IMG/VR virus record: IMGVR_UViG_3300035698_022433
Reading direction: 5' to 3' (one strand)
Length of the DNA stretch: 64,000 bases
Source of the DNA: an uncultured virus (IMG/VR IMGVR_UViG_3300035698_022433)
Lineage: Duplodnaviria > Heunggongvirae > Uroviricota > Caudoviricetes
Shown in pieces: positions 1-11,308 of the stretch; within the stretch, counting starts at the first letter, position 1, and each line of letters opens with the position of its first letter. The translations under genes and the position numbers were made by a program. The notes beneath the pieces are model-generated. The model did not search any database. It was not told the origin of the DNA and saw nothing but the letters and a program-made list of their open reading frames with translations.

Positions 1-31
1 AAATAAAGAAAATGTGGTTGAGGCTTAAAAA

Positions 32-1324
32 ATGGATAAAGAAAAAATAGTTTATACGGTAATGTGCGCGGACTTTTTTCATTCCGGGCATTTGAACATC
101 ATAAAAAAGTCAGAAAAATATGGTAAAGTGATGGTTGGTTTATTGACCGATGAAGCAATTGCATCGTATAAGAGAGTGCCAGTTAACACATATGAGGAAA
201 GGTATAAATTAGTAACAAGCATTAAGGATGTGTGGAAGGTAGTTCCGCAACATACATTAGATTACACCGACAATCTTAGAAAATACAAACCTGCAATAGT
301 AACAAATGGCGATGATTGGAGAGAAGGGATTCAAAAAGAAACTCGTAAGCAGGTTATACGAGTTTTGGAAGAATGGGGTGGTGAGCTCATTGAGATACCC
401 TATACCAAGGGTATCTCTTCTTCTTTAATAATTGAAGACTTCCTGAAGCGAGGCGTGACACCGGAACAGCGACGACCACTGCTCCGTCGAATGATTAATG
501 TTAAGTCATTAGTTCGTGTAATAGAGGCACATAACGGCATTTCCGCTTTAGTTGCAGAGAACATACGGGTTAATGGCAAACAATTTGATGCAATTTGGGA
601 AAGCAGCCTGACTGATAGTGCATCGAAAGGAAAGCCCGATATTGAATTGGTTGATTTTACTTCGCGAGTTCAAACTATCAATGAGATTCTCGAGGTAAGT
701 ACTAAACCCCTGATCGTGGATGGTGATACCGGAGGACAACAAGATCACTTTGTTTATATGGTCCGAACATTAGAAAGACTTGGTGTGTCCGCAGTTATTA
801 TTGAAGATAAGCGTTTTCCAAAAGTTAATTCTTTGATGCCTGGGGCAAAACATATACAGGAAGATATTGATATTTTTTGTGAAAAGATAAAGGCTGGAAA
901 AAATGCGCAAATAACAGATGATTTTATGGTTATTGCGAGAGTGGAATCTTTAATAGCCGGAAAATCAGTTAAGGATGCTATCACAAGAGCTATACGGTAT
1001 TATCACGCCGGAGCTGATGCAATAATGATTCATTCAAAGGATAGTAATCCAAGAAAAATATTTGAGTTTTGTGAGGTGTATAAAAATTTTAAAGACCATG
1101 TTCCGTTGATAATTGTTCCAACAACATATAATACAATAAGCGAAAAAGAGATGATGGTGTTTGGTATTGATGTTGTGATTCATGCAAATCACTTGTTAAG
1201 AGCAAGCTACAAATCTATGAAAGAAGTTGCTGAAATAATTTTAAGGACAGGAAAATCATGTTCTGTTGATGATAAATGTTGTTTAATGAAAGAATTATTT
1301 GATATTACGAAGTTGAAGAAATAA
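32..1324 (+). CDS. pepM: Cytidylyltransferase-phosphoenolpyruvate mutase fusion (phosphonate biosynthesis)
   Basis: N-terminal HxGH cytidylyltransferase domain (DFFHSGH). C-terminal ICL/PEPM domain with DGDTG and the PepM signature EDKxxxxxNS (EDKRFPKVNS). Confidence 0.93.
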   Translation: MDKEKIVYTVMCADFFHSGHLNIIKKSEKYGKVMVGLLTDEAIASYKRVPVNTYEERYKLVTSIKDVWKVVPQHTLDYTDNLRKYKPAIVTNGDDWREGIQKETRKQVIRVLEEWGGELIEIPYTKGISSSLIIEDFLKRGVTPEQRRPLLRRMINVKSLVRVIEAHNGISALVAENIRVNGKQFDAIWESSLTDSASKGKPDIELVDFTSRVQTINEILEVSTKPLIVDGDTGGQQDHFVYMVRTLERLGVSAVIIEDKRFPKVNSLMPGAKHIQEDIDIFCEKIKAGKNAQITDDFMVIARVESLIAGKSVKDAITRAIRYYHAGADAIMIHSKDSNPRKIFEFCEVYKNFKDHVPLIIVPTTYNTISEKEMMVFGIDVVIHANHLLRASYKSMKEVAEIILRTGKSCSVDDKCCLMKELFDITKLKK

Positions 1325-1881
1325 TGGCAAAATCTGTTTGTTTTGGTGCTAAGACACTAAATAAGAAGTATGATTTGTATACTACACCGTGTTCAGCAGT
1401 AGAGTTATTGCTAACACATGTTAAACTAAAGAGCGCAATACTTGAGCCGTGTAATGGATTAGGAAATATAAGTGATATTGTAAAAAAGTATTACGATAAT
1501 GTTTATACATTAGATATATCATATGACATGAAGGCAAATAAGTATTGCGACTTTTTAGAATTTAATGAAAAACGATTTAACACAATCATTACAAATCCAC
1601 CATTTTCGGGAAACTACCATTGTGAATTCATTAAACACGCTTTATCACTATTACCACCTGGTGGCTTAGCGATATTTCTTTTAAAACTTGTTTACATTGA
1701 ATCAAAAAAGCGATATCAATTTTTCATTGACAACCCGCCATTAAAAATGTTGGTTCATTCAGAGAGGCTTAACTTTTTTGGTGGAACTGGCATAGCTTAT
1801 GCATGGTACATTTGGAAAAAAGGATATCAAGGAAAGACGGAGATTTATCCGATTATTCAACAAGAAAACTTGAAAAAATAA
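1324..1881 (+). CDS. Amino (N6-adenine/N4-cytosine) DNA methyltransferase, phage-type
   Basis: YTTP, ILEPCNGLG SAM-binding motif, ITNPPF catalytic motif, YAWYIW C-terminus. Confidence 0.8.
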   Translation: MAKSVCFGAKTLNKKYDLYTTPCSAVELLLTHVKLKSAILEPCNGLGNISDIVKKYYDNVYTLDISYDMKANKYCDFLEFNEKRFNTIITNPPFSGNYHCEFIKHALSLLPPGGLAIFLLKLVYIESKKRYQFFIDNPPLKMLVHSERLNFFGGTGIAYAWYIWKKGYQGKTEIYPIIQQENLKK

Positions 1882-1942
1882 AAAGGTTTAAATGTAAAAT
1901 GTTATTAACCATTACCCGGAGGAATAAACGATACAAGAGAGG

Positions 1943-2713
1943 ATGAGTGATAAAAGCCTTGCTCTTAAAGGATTTGATGATATCAATAAAATCCTTGAAA
2001 AGCATTCGATACAGCTTTGGGCAGATTTAGGAACATTGCTTGGTTTTGTTAGAGATGGTGCACTCATTCCCTGGGAAGAAGATATAGATGTTGGGTGTTT
2101 CCAACAAATGGAGGATTTTAGTAATGTTGTACAGCTTGATTTGTTTACTCATGGATGGTTATGTGTCGATAAATATAAAGGGCTTGGTATTCAAGATATC
2201 AAAAAGACAGCAAAAATCGACATTAAATTTTACGAAGAAAATGAAGATTCAGTTAGTGCAAATTTTATTACTTACCGGCATAAGAAAGTAATGGCTTTTG
2301 CTGATTTTTTAGTATGGATTTTTAATTTGTATCCAGCTTATTTCAAATATGAAACAAGTTTACCACCAGAGAAATTACAATTGATTGAAGGCTTTGTTGC
2401 TTTTTTTGTTCCGAATAAGATACGTAAAGCTATTTTAAAAATTGCTTGGTTCTTTCATAATAATGTTGGAATAAATGGTTATATAGTGAAAACACCACAT
2501 GAATATATTTTGCCTTTACAGAAAATAAAAATAAATAAATATCAATTTCTTGTACCAGCAATGAGTATTGGATATGTAGAGAAAATGTATGGTGAAAATT
2601 GGAAAAAACCAATGCAGATTATTGAAGGCACAAATTCTTACCCAGATGGTTCAAGTAGATATTTAACGAAAAGAATTATGGACAAATCACCAGATAGTGT
2701 TGAACATGCTTAG
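1943..2713 (+). CDS. LicD-family phosphotransferase
   Basis: GTLLGFVRDGALIPWEEDIDVG and C-terminal YGENWKKP motifs. Confidence 0.88.
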   Translation: MSDKSLALKGFDDINKILEKHSIQLWADLGTLLGFVRDGALIPWEEDIDVGCFQQMEDFSNVVQLDLFTHGWLCVDKYKGLGIQDIKKTAKIDIKFYEENEDSVSANFITYRHKKVMAFADFLVWIFNLYPAYFKYETSLPPEKLQLIEGFVAFFVPNKIRKAILKIAWFFHNNVGINGYIVKTPHEYILPLQKIKINKYQFLVPAMSIGYVEKMYGENWKKPMQIIEGTNSYPDGSSRYLTKRIMDKSPDSVEHA

Positions 2714-3647
2714 AATAAAAGAAAGTACAAAAAATCATAAAAATCAATTGGAGAGGTGGCTAGGATATGAAGATGGAATTGGAAAGAAAGGAATTGAATT
2801 GTTTGAAAAGAACGGAATCGCATTTGTCGGTGAGGGAGAAACAGGAGATATTGGGATTTCTTGGCATGGCTTTAAGGTCGAGGGAATAAAGCAAAAAGAC
2901 TGTATCTTGATGAAAAATGAACCGCCAATATATTATTCGTTGTTTAATCGAAAAATGAATAATCCGGGGTATAATAAGAAATTTTTATGTGCGATGGCTA
3001 GTCATCGGTTGGAAGGATTTGATCAGTATTATTATAACATTCCGCGATATGAGTTTAATCTTGTTGAAGAACATTTTGGTACACCTAAAGAACGATTGTT
3101 GTGTATGATTTTGCGGAATAAAAATAAATCATATTTGTTCAATAAGTATTCTCCGGGAACACGAAAATACAATACGCAGAGTTTGATTAAGTTCAGACAG
3201 ATGGCAGATAAGGTTTTTTGTCAATACTTTGATTCAAGTGTATACAATTCATATGGTGGTCCGTGGAAATATCCGTGTTATTGCGGAGAAGTTAAAGAGA
3301 ATGGTAAGTGGGAGGTTTTTGCAAAATACAAATTTACTTTTTGTCCAGAGAATTCACGGTTTTATGGATATGTCTGTGAGAAGGCAGTGCAGCCGCAATG
3401 TTGTGGTTCAGTTCCCATTTATTTTGGTGCTTATGATGTTAACGAATATTTGCCAAAGGGAACATTCATCAATTACGCAAATTTTAAGAGTGTTAAATCA
3501 TTATGTGAATATATTACTGGAATGGATGAGAATGAATATAATATCTATTTACGAAATATCAAAAAGTTTGTAACATCGCAGAATGCATTTTCTTCGGTAT
3601 TATTTGCAATGAGATTTTTAAAAGTATTAAATGAGGTGAAAAAATAA
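2706..3647 (+). CDS. Glycosyltransferase family 10 (fucosyltransferase-like)
   Basis: YKFTFCPENS..GYVCEK...CGSVPIYFGA matches the GT10 signature. Start placed at ATG 2706. Confidence 0.82.
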   Translation: MLRIKESTKNHKNQLERWLGYEDGIGKKGIELFEKNGIAFVGEGETGDIGISWHGFKVEGIKQKDCILMKNEPPIYYSLFNRKMNNPGYNKKFLCAMASHRLEGFDQYYYNIPRYEFNLVEEHFGTPKERLLCMILRNKNKSYLFNKYSPGTRKYNTQSLIKFRQMADKVFCQYFDSSVYNSYGGPWKYPCYCGEVKENGKWEVFAKYKFTFCPENSRFYGYVCEKAVQPQCCGSVPIYFGAYDVNEYLPKGTFINYANFKSVKSLCEYITGMDENEYNIYLRNIKKFVTSQNAFSSVLFAMRFLKVLNEVKK

Positions 3648-4294
3648 CATATAGAAAGAAAAGACCTCAAAAAAACGTAGTTGCAGAGTTGTTATTGTCT
3701 TTACCTAGTAAATGGCAATTATGGTTAGTAATTAATCCTTTGTCGATTACAATATTTTATGTTGTAGCACGTGGTTTAGATTTAACTGAATCTTTTGATA
3801 TAATTTCGGAATTTTTCATGTTATATGGCATTTTCTGGTTGGTTGTAATTCCTTTATTAATGGTCTACCATAAGCATAGAAGAAGCATAAATGCCAGAAA
3901 TCGGAAAGGAGATTTATATAATACTGTTTTAAATGAGATTAAAAATTTTGTGCCATTTAGAAAATATAAAACAGAAGAGCCTTATCAAATTGATTTAGCA
4001 CGGCATTTAGAAGAAAGGTTTGGAAATGTGAGAATAGAATTAACACGGAGTTCAACACGGCCAGATATAATAGTAGGAAATGATTTAGCCATCGAAGTAA
4101 AAGGACCTACATGTGACAATGATTTACAAACAATCGCTGACAAATGCATGCGGTATCCACAATATTTTAAAAAGGGATTAATAGTGGCTTTGTTTGACGT
4201 TCATGTTAATAACAAACGATATGATGATTGGTTGTTTGGTATGAAAAAACATTTTCCATATATAAAGGTAGTTAAAAATGAAAATGCAAAATGA
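3644..4294 (+). CDS. Membrane-anchored protein with C-terminal PD-(D/E)XK nuclease-like domain
   Basis: Two hydrophobic helices, then RPDIIV..LAIEVKG. The frame is open back to ATA at 3644, just after a GAGGTGA SD (track start TTG 3689). Confidence 0.55.
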   Translation: MTYRKKRPQKNVVAELLLSLPSKWQLWLVINPLSITIFYVVARGLDLTESFDIISEFFMLYGIFWLVVIPLLMVYHKHRRSINARNRKGDLYNTVLNEIKNFVPFRKYKTEEPYQIDLARHLEERFGNVRIELTRSSTRPDIIVGNDLAIEVKGPTCDNDLQTIADKCMRYPQYFKKGLIVALFDVHVNNKRYDDWLFGMKKHFPYIKVVKNENAK

Positions 4295-6551
4295 GGTGGG
4301 AAAATGAAAAAAGATATTCCGAAAGAGGAACAAACATATTTTGACGTGTTTTATAACATGGTCTTAAAACTACATGCTCTCGGCTACATCAAAAAAGAAG
4401 ATATGAAAGAAGCAAAGGATGAGTTTGATGTTTGTTTAAAAAAAATAGAAAAAGAATGTGATGAGCACAACTATGACAAAGCAAGAGAAATCATGGGAGA
4501 TTATTTAATGCACTTACAATTGAAAAGGTCAATTGGCGGTTTTACTCCAAAATGAGGTGAAAAAATGACAGAAAAATTACATCTTGAAATAAATATGCCA
4601 ATTAAGGCAGTTGAAACGACAGAGGATTATATGCTAGTGATAAAAGATGCGTTAGATGTTTACCATTTTTTTAAGAAAGATGGAACATACGATGGATATG
4701 ATAAATTTTTTGATGGAGTGAAAAGATGAAATTGCCAAAAGATATAGAAGATGGTTTAAGAAAGTTAGCAGAAAAAACAGGTGTAGAGTATAATGAGTTG
4801 GAAAAAGCATTGAAAGATACTTATAATACTGACAAAACAGTTAAAACCATGGGAAATGAAGAATTTAAAATTAGATATTCATTTGCAGTATTAGAGAGGT
4901 GTGTAAAATGAAAACATGGAGTGAAAGAATGAAAAGAGAAATAGCTGAAATATATCCTACTTGGTATGCTTGTCCATTATGCCATGAAAGTCATTCTGAT
5001 TTTGGAACAAGAGCTGAGGTTATTGAACATTTAATTAGCAAACATAATGATGATGATGATGCATATTGGGTAGTGCAAAATGGAGTGAAAAAATGAATGA
5101 AAAAGAATATGAGAAGAAAACTATGGAGCTGGATATTAAACAAAGAGAAATTAATTTGGAACTTCTAAGGATTGAGTTAGAATTTCAAAAATCAGAATAT
5201 GAAAAAATGCGAAAATCGAAAAAGAAGAATGAGAACTAAATTTGATAAGTGATTAAAAATGATAATACCAAATGATATAAAAGAAGCAAATGAAAAATTA
5301 TTGGAAAAGAAGCTGAATCACATAATGTGTAATAGCAAGACTATAGAAGGTATGGAACGCGAAGACTTTAAAATACGATATGCTTGGGCGTTGTTGTTCA
5401 GTAAGGAAACTAATTCATACATAGAGGAATGCGAGAAACAATGAAAAAAGAAGATATAACACCAGAATTTGTGGATGTGAAAAAATGAAAGAAAAAATAA
5501 CTGAACTCAGAATAATTGATCCTGTAGATGTTGGATTTTTATCTCACACATGCAAGAACATAGAAGATAATTGTATAATAAATGACTTGAATTTATATAC
5601 TTGTGAATCATGTAATGAAAAATTACCATTCAATAAATCAATTATGTATAAAGATTTTGTTATTTGTGAAAAATGTGCAACTAAGAAAAAACTAAAGTAT
5701 CAAACAATCAAAATTCACAATTTCTTAGAAGATGGTGATATAGAATGAAAACATGGAAATGTATTGAGGGTGATTGCGGCAGTTGTCATTTAATTGAGGT
5801 TTGCGAGCAAAATGGACCAACTAAAGATTTCACAAGATGGTTATGAAATTAAATATGGTGAGGGAATAAATGTTGTTTAAAAATAGAGAAGAGAGATTTA
5901 AAAAGGCACGTGATAAATCTTGGGAAAAATCAATAGCAAAAAGTTTTGGTTTAACGATAGAACAGACTGTTGATATTGAGGATGAAATCAATCATTTTTT
6001 TAATAAGTCAATGAGAATTGATGGTATGACAACAAACTCGACGTTTATTCAAGGCATTTTTCACTACTTAGAACCAGAAGTACAATATAGGATAGCTGTA
6101 GTATACGAAGTTTTAAAAACTTTTAAAAAAATATAGTAAATGGAATAAAAAATGAAAACATGCTGGATTTGTAAAGAAAAAGCGAAACGAAACAGTAATC
6201 ATTTTATAACACGACAAACAGGAAAAAAAATATTATTGCATAATGATTGTTATTTAGAAATGTTGCCAGAAGAAAGAAAATTGTTATCATACAATATTAG
6301 AAAAGGACCACCAAAAGGATTACGAAGCAATTTAAAGCTTATGGGATTTGCTATAGGAGGTCTTGTTGGCGGACTTGGTTATTCAGCTGGTTATTTTGGT
6401 GGTTCAATGTTAGCAACAAAGCACATCGTTAAGAAAAAAGGAATGACAATGGAAGAATTAGATGATATATGTATTGACAAATATGGTTATCACTATCCTA
6501 TATTGCTGGAAAAAATACAAGATGAAGTAATGAAAATGATAAAGTGATTGC

Positions 6552-7343
6552 ATGAAAGGACATAATTTTGGGAAATGTAGAAAATGCGGTAAAACACATA
6601 AACACCCTAAAGGTTTATTAAAAAAAGGTGAACATCATACAGAAGAGACAAAGGCAAAAATGAAAGAGAGACACATAGATTTTTCTGGTTCTAATAACCC
6701 AAGATATGGAAAGAAACACACAGAACAAACGCGAAAAAAAATATCAGAAACAAGAAAAAAACAAGGATACACACACAGTGATGAATGTATGTGTAATTTT
6801 TGTAAAAGTAAAAAAGGTTTGTTAACTAAAGAAAAAAATCCTTTTTTTGGTAAAACTCACACAAAAGAAGCAAAGCAAAGGATTAGTGAAGCAAATAAAG
6901 GAAAAAAACATTCAAAAGAAACTAAGGAAATATGGTCAAAACAACGAAAAGGATTGCTTGTAGGAGAGAGAAATGGAATGTTTGGTAAATGTCATACAAT
7001 AGAATCAAGGAAGAAAATGTCTCTAAAGTTATCAAAAGAGAAAAACCCAAGCTGGTTGGGTGGAGTAAGTTTTGAACCATACAATTTAAATTTTACTAAA
7101 CAATTGAGAGATGAAATTAAATATAGAGATAATTTTTTATGTGTACTTTGTTTGTTGTTGGAAGAAGAACATAACGAAAAATTTGGATATGGTTTAACTA
7201 CACATCATATAGATTATGATAAGAAAAATTCGGTTAAAAATAATTTGGTGACACTGTGTTGTTCTTGCAACAGTACAGTGAACTTTAGTAGGGAAATATG
7301 GCAAGAATTTTTTGAAGAAAGGATGAGTGATATATATGACTAG
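6552..7343 (+). CDS. Free-standing NUMOD3-repeat HNH homing endonuclease
   Basis: Repeated G.K.HTEE.K.KIS NUMOD3 motifs. C-terminal RDNFLC..C...HHIDYDKKN...NLVTLC..CN. Confidence 0.85.
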   Translation: MKGHNFGKCRKCGKTHKHPKGLLKKGEHHTEETKAKMKERHIDFSGSNNPRYGKKHTEQTRKKISETRKKQGYTHSDECMCNFCKSKKGLLTKEKNPFFGKTHTKEAKQRISEANKGKKHSKETKEIWSKQRKGLLVGERNGMFGKCHTIESRKKMSLKLSKEKNPSWLGGVSFEPYNLNFTKQLRDEIKYRDNFLCVLCLLLEEEHNEKFGYGLTTHHIDYDKKNSVKNNLVTLCCSCNSTVNFSREIWQEFFEERMSDIYD

Positions 7344-8337
7344 AAGCTTAATAACAGGAATAAATGGGCAAGATGGTTCGTATCTTGCAGAACTATTGTT
7401 GAAAAAGAAACATAATGTATTTGGAATAATTCGTAGAGGCAGCACGATAAACACAAGGAGGATAGACCATTTGTTATATCCAAAAGAGAAGATAACACTT
7501 CACTATGGTGACTTAGGAGATGCCAACTCAATAGTACGTCTTCTTTTAAAAATTAAACCAGATGAAGTATACAACATTGGCTCAATGAGTCATGTGCGAG
7601 TTTCCTTTGATATTCCGACATACACGGGAGATATTACAGGACTTGGTGGTTGCAGAATACTTGAAGCAATGAAAAATTTAAGGGAACATAAGTTGTTGGA
7701 TAGCACTGTCAAGTATTATCAGGCATCGAGCTCAGAGATGTACGGTTTATCACCTCCATTGCAAAACGAAAACACGCCTTTCTTACCTGTTAGTCCATAT
7801 GGTTGCTCAAAACTTTTCATGTATCATATGACGCGAACATATAGGTTTGGACATAACATGTTTGCGTGTAACGGAATACTGTTCAACCATGGCGGACCAA
7901 GGAGAGGCGAGACTTTTGTCACAAAAAAAATCATTCGTGCTGCGTGTCGAATAAAACTAGGAAAACAAGACAAACTTATTCTTGGAAATTTATCTGCTAT
8001 GCGAGATTGGGGTTTTGCGGGTGATTACATGGATGCAATTTATAAAATAATGCACCATACAGAACCTGATGATTTTGTTGTTGCAACAAATGAGATTTAT
8101 TCTGTTCAACAATTCTTAGAATTGGTATTTAAAAAACTAAATTTATCAATTGACGATTATGTGGAACAAAGTGATGCGTTTTATAGACCAAATGAGGTAC
8201 CTGCATTACAAGGAGATTCAACAAAGATTCATGATGTTCTTGGATGGTCACCAAAAGTTTCATTTTCGCAACTTATAAATATGATGATAAAATCTGCGAT
8301 GGAGGAAGAAAAAAATGACAAAATTACGACTGCGTAA
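7336..8337 (+). CDS. gmd: GDP-mannose 4,6-dehydratase
   Basis: LITGINGQDGSYLAELLL, YQASSSEMYG, SPYGCSK, GILFNH, GETFVTKKI, RDWG motifs. Confidence 0.95.
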   Translation: MTRSLITGINGQDGSYLAELLLKKKHNVFGIIRRGSTINTRRIDHLLYPKEKITLHYGDLGDANSIVRLLLKIKPDEVYNIGSMSHVRVSFDIPTYTGDITGLGGCRILEAMKNLREHKLLDSTVKYYQASSSEMYGLSPPLQNENTPFLPVSPYGCSKLFMYHMTRTYRFGHNMFACNGILFNHGGPRRGETFVTKKIIRAACRIKLGKQDKLILGNLSAMRDWGFAGDYMDAIYKIMHHTEPDDFVVATNEIYSVQQFLELVFKKLNLSIDDYVEQSDAFYRPNEVPALQGDSTKIHDVLGWSPKVSFSQLINMMIKSAMEEEKNDKITTA

Positions 8338-8740
8338 GGAGGCTGATGCATGAAAAATATTGACGAATTAAGTGATAAAGAAAAATTGAATTTGATACTA
8401 TACAAAGTGTTTAGACGAGAATATATTGGTTCAACGATTAGTCTTATTATGGTATCGTTGCTTACAATTGTTCTTGGCGTTGGTGTGTCGTTGCTATCAA
8501 TTTTTGTTGTTGACTTTTTGCCATCGACCTGGAAAATAGCACTTTTGCTTTCTTGGACTTTTTTTATATCAACTCTTCTATGGATTACCGGGACAGTTTT
8601 GTTTGGTATATCCATAATGATACTTGATAAAAAGAAGAGGAAGCTTCAATTTGCGTTTCAGGCTGAAACACCTTGTTACTTCGATAGCATATTTACCATC
8701 GACGACAGCGACATAAAAGATGTAAAAAGGGCGTGGAAAC

Positions 8741-9157
8741 TTGGAAAAAACTGATAGATTAGTTGTTGATAAACCACAACCTTCTCTTTTTTCTAATTTA
8801 ATACATGAAGATGAAAGGGGAGAAATCTACTTGCTTAAAGGAAATGCATTAAAAGAGCATGAAGAAATAACAATTTTCACTTGTAAACGAAATTTTGCAA
8901 GAGGGGGGTGTATACATGAGTTTTCTAACGAATATTGTATTGTCTTAGAGGGAAAGATAGAATATCATATTGGTAAAGAGACGTATAATATGAAAACTGG
9001 AGAATGTGTGACTATATTAAAAAATACTCCTCATTATTTTGTTGCACAGACTGATTGTTTGGTCATGGAATTTGGTGCAACTCCTGCTGAAAAAAAGTGC
9101 AAACATCCTAAAACAAGGAAGATTGTTGATGCAATTAATGCTGAAAAGATAAAATGA
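8741..9157 (+). CDS. Cupin-domain protein (possible sugar epimerase/isomerase)
   Basis: DERG, RGGCIH...EYCIVLEG, PHYF cupin motifs. Confidence 0.7.
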   Translation: MEKTDRLVVDKPQPSLFSNLIHEDERGEIYLLKGNALKEHEEITIFTCKRNFARGGCIHEFSNEYCIVLEGKIEYHIGKETYNMKTGECVTILKNTPHYFVAQTDCLVMEFGATPAEKKCKHPKTRKIVDAINAEKIK

Positions 9158-9162
9158 GATAA

Positions 9163-9789
9163 TTGGATGAAATGACATTAGATAAAATTTGTTTAAATCT
9201 TGGTTGCGGAAAACGATGTATTCCCGATTACATTAACATTGATAATGCAGAATATGGACATATAAATTTTAAGCAAGATATTGGTGACCTATGGATGTTT
9301 AATGATAATGAAGTTGATACAATTTACTGTTCTCATGCCCTAGAATATTTTGATAGAGAAGAAGCAAAAAAGACATTAGAAGAATGGTATCGGGTGTTAA
9401 AACCTGGTGGTACTTTGAGACTCGCAGTTCCTGATTTTGAAGCAATTGTAAGAGTATATCAAAAATACAATGACATTGAACACCGCGGTATATTGGGTCC
9501 ACTTTTTGGTAGAATGGGAATTGACAAAACAGTAATGGTATCGCATTCACCAGATGAAATAGCACACCCAACAACGATTACTGATTATATTTATCACCGA
9601 ACTGTTTATGACTTCAACTCACTTAAAAAACTTTTAGAATCCGTTGGTTTTAAAAATGTCAAACGATATGATGTTGTTGAATTCTTTAAGACATTACCAA
9701 AAGGATACGACGACCAAAGTTTTGCGTTCATTCCGCATAAAGATCCAACTGGAATATTAATATCACTTAATGTGGAGGCAAAGAAATGA
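9163..9789 (+). CDS. Class I SAM-dependent methyltransferase
   Basis: LNLGCG, YCSHALEY, RVLKPGG.LRLAVPD. Confidence 0.85.
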   Translation: MDEMTLDKICLNLGCGKRCIPDYINIDNAEYGHINFKQDIGDLWMFNDNEVDTIYCSHALEYFDREEAKKTLEEWYRVLKPGGTLRLAVPDFEAIVRVYQKYNDIEHRGILGPLFGRMGIDKTVMVSHSPDEIAHPTTITDYIYHRTVYDFNSLKKLLESVGFKNVKRYDVVEFFKTLPKGYDDQSFAFIPHKDPTGILISLNVEAKK

Positions 9790-10795
9790 TTGAACTTTTT
9801 TATAATATTATCACTGGAATTTTACCATTATTTTTAGTATTGTTTACATTATATGCAGTAACTTATTCAGTAAAAAATAGAGTGAATAAATTGAAATCAT
9901 TTTTATTTCTATTCATGGTTGTTGTAATAATGTATTCTATGATTATTAACATGATGTTACACACATATTTGATAGCAACAATTTGGAAAGACTATGAACT
10001 TGAAACTGGAAAAATTGCTGGGCAAATGGTTGAAACTGTAGCATCTTCGGCTGTTACATTTATATGGAGTATTATTGCAATTGTTATTATATTGTTTATA
10101 TGGAAACATTTTTGTCTACAACAAGTTATACCAGGAAAAGGAAGCATAAAAGAACGATTAAAAAGGTTGATAAAAAATGAAAGAGGTGTATAAGGAGAAA
10201 CAAACACATGGATTGTAAAAATCTTATAGCTTTATTTAAAGAAAGTGAAATAAGGATTAAAGGCATAATGTCCGAGAAAATTGTAGCATATATAATATAT
10301 CTTATGATTCAATATAGAGGAAAAGATTGCTATGAATTACAGTCTACAAATGTAAAAATTAAAAAATTAAGTTACAGAGATTTTTTAATACAATTTGTTT
10401 CAAAACCAAATAAAAAGATTACTTTATATTTAGCAGGTTCATATAAAAATGAAAAAGACGATACTGTTTCTCAAAAGACTATTGATAATCTTGGATATTC
10501 AGAAGAAGGAAGGTATGCAATTCTTATACAAAACAATGTTAAAATAATTGATAAAATTTTATTGAAAAAAATAATATTAGAATAAGGTGATATGAGGTAG
10601 TAGAAATGAAAAAATTTAGAGATAAAGAAGTAATTGGATGGACACTTGTTGCTGAAACAGGAAGAAAAGAATTTGTTGAAACAGTAAATGAATTAATGGA
10701 TAAATATGATTTTGTTGATTGTCAATATTCAACGTGTTATGATACAAACTGTGAATGTATTGAATATTCAGCATTTGTGTTATTAGGTGAAAAAA

Positions 10796-11308
10796 ATGAG
10801 TAGAATAAAAATTGGTTTTATAGGAACGCAGGGTTGCGGAAAAACAACTTCTGCGTATGCATTAGCAACGGATTTGAAAAAGGATGGATATGATGTCTAT
10901 GTTTTGTCAGAAGTTGCTAGAAGCTGTCCATTACCATTAAATGAAGATGCAACAACGGAATCGCAATTGTGGATACTTGGAAAACAAATGACAAGAGAAC
11001 AATCAGCAAAAGGACAAATATTGATTGCAGATAGAACTGTTCTTGATGTATTTTGTTATGGTGTTAGAAAGAACAAAGATTTTTTTGAGACACTTATTCC
11101 ATTTATAAAAAAGTATATGACAACATACAGTGCAGTATTTTTCCTTGAACCAAATGATGAATACTTGGTTGATGATGGCATACGAAGTACAGATAAAACA
11201 TTTAGAGATGAAATTGATGCTTTGATAACAAAATATATTCGTGAACTTGATATTAATGTCATTAAGACAGATGACAGATTCAAATATATGAAGGAGAACG
11301 TATTATGA
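10796..11308 (+). CDS. P-loop nucleotide kinase/ATPase (AAA_28/NadR-like)
   Basis: GTQGCGKTT Walker A, EVAR, DRTVLD, DDGIR. Confidence 0.75.
   Translation: MSRIKIGFIGTQGCGKTTSAYALATDLKKDGYDVYVLSEVARSCPLPLNEDATTESQLWILGKQMTREQSAKGQILIADRTVLDVFCYGVRKNKDFFETLIPFIKKYMTTYSAVFFLEPNDEYLVDDGIRSTDKTFRDEIDALITKYIRELDINVIKTDDRFKYMKENVL

Noticed and set aside
6552..7343. Group I intron or intein around the HNH gene; intein in PolB
   Set aside because: No interrupted host gene or intron core was seen. PolB is about 740 aa with contiguous motifs.
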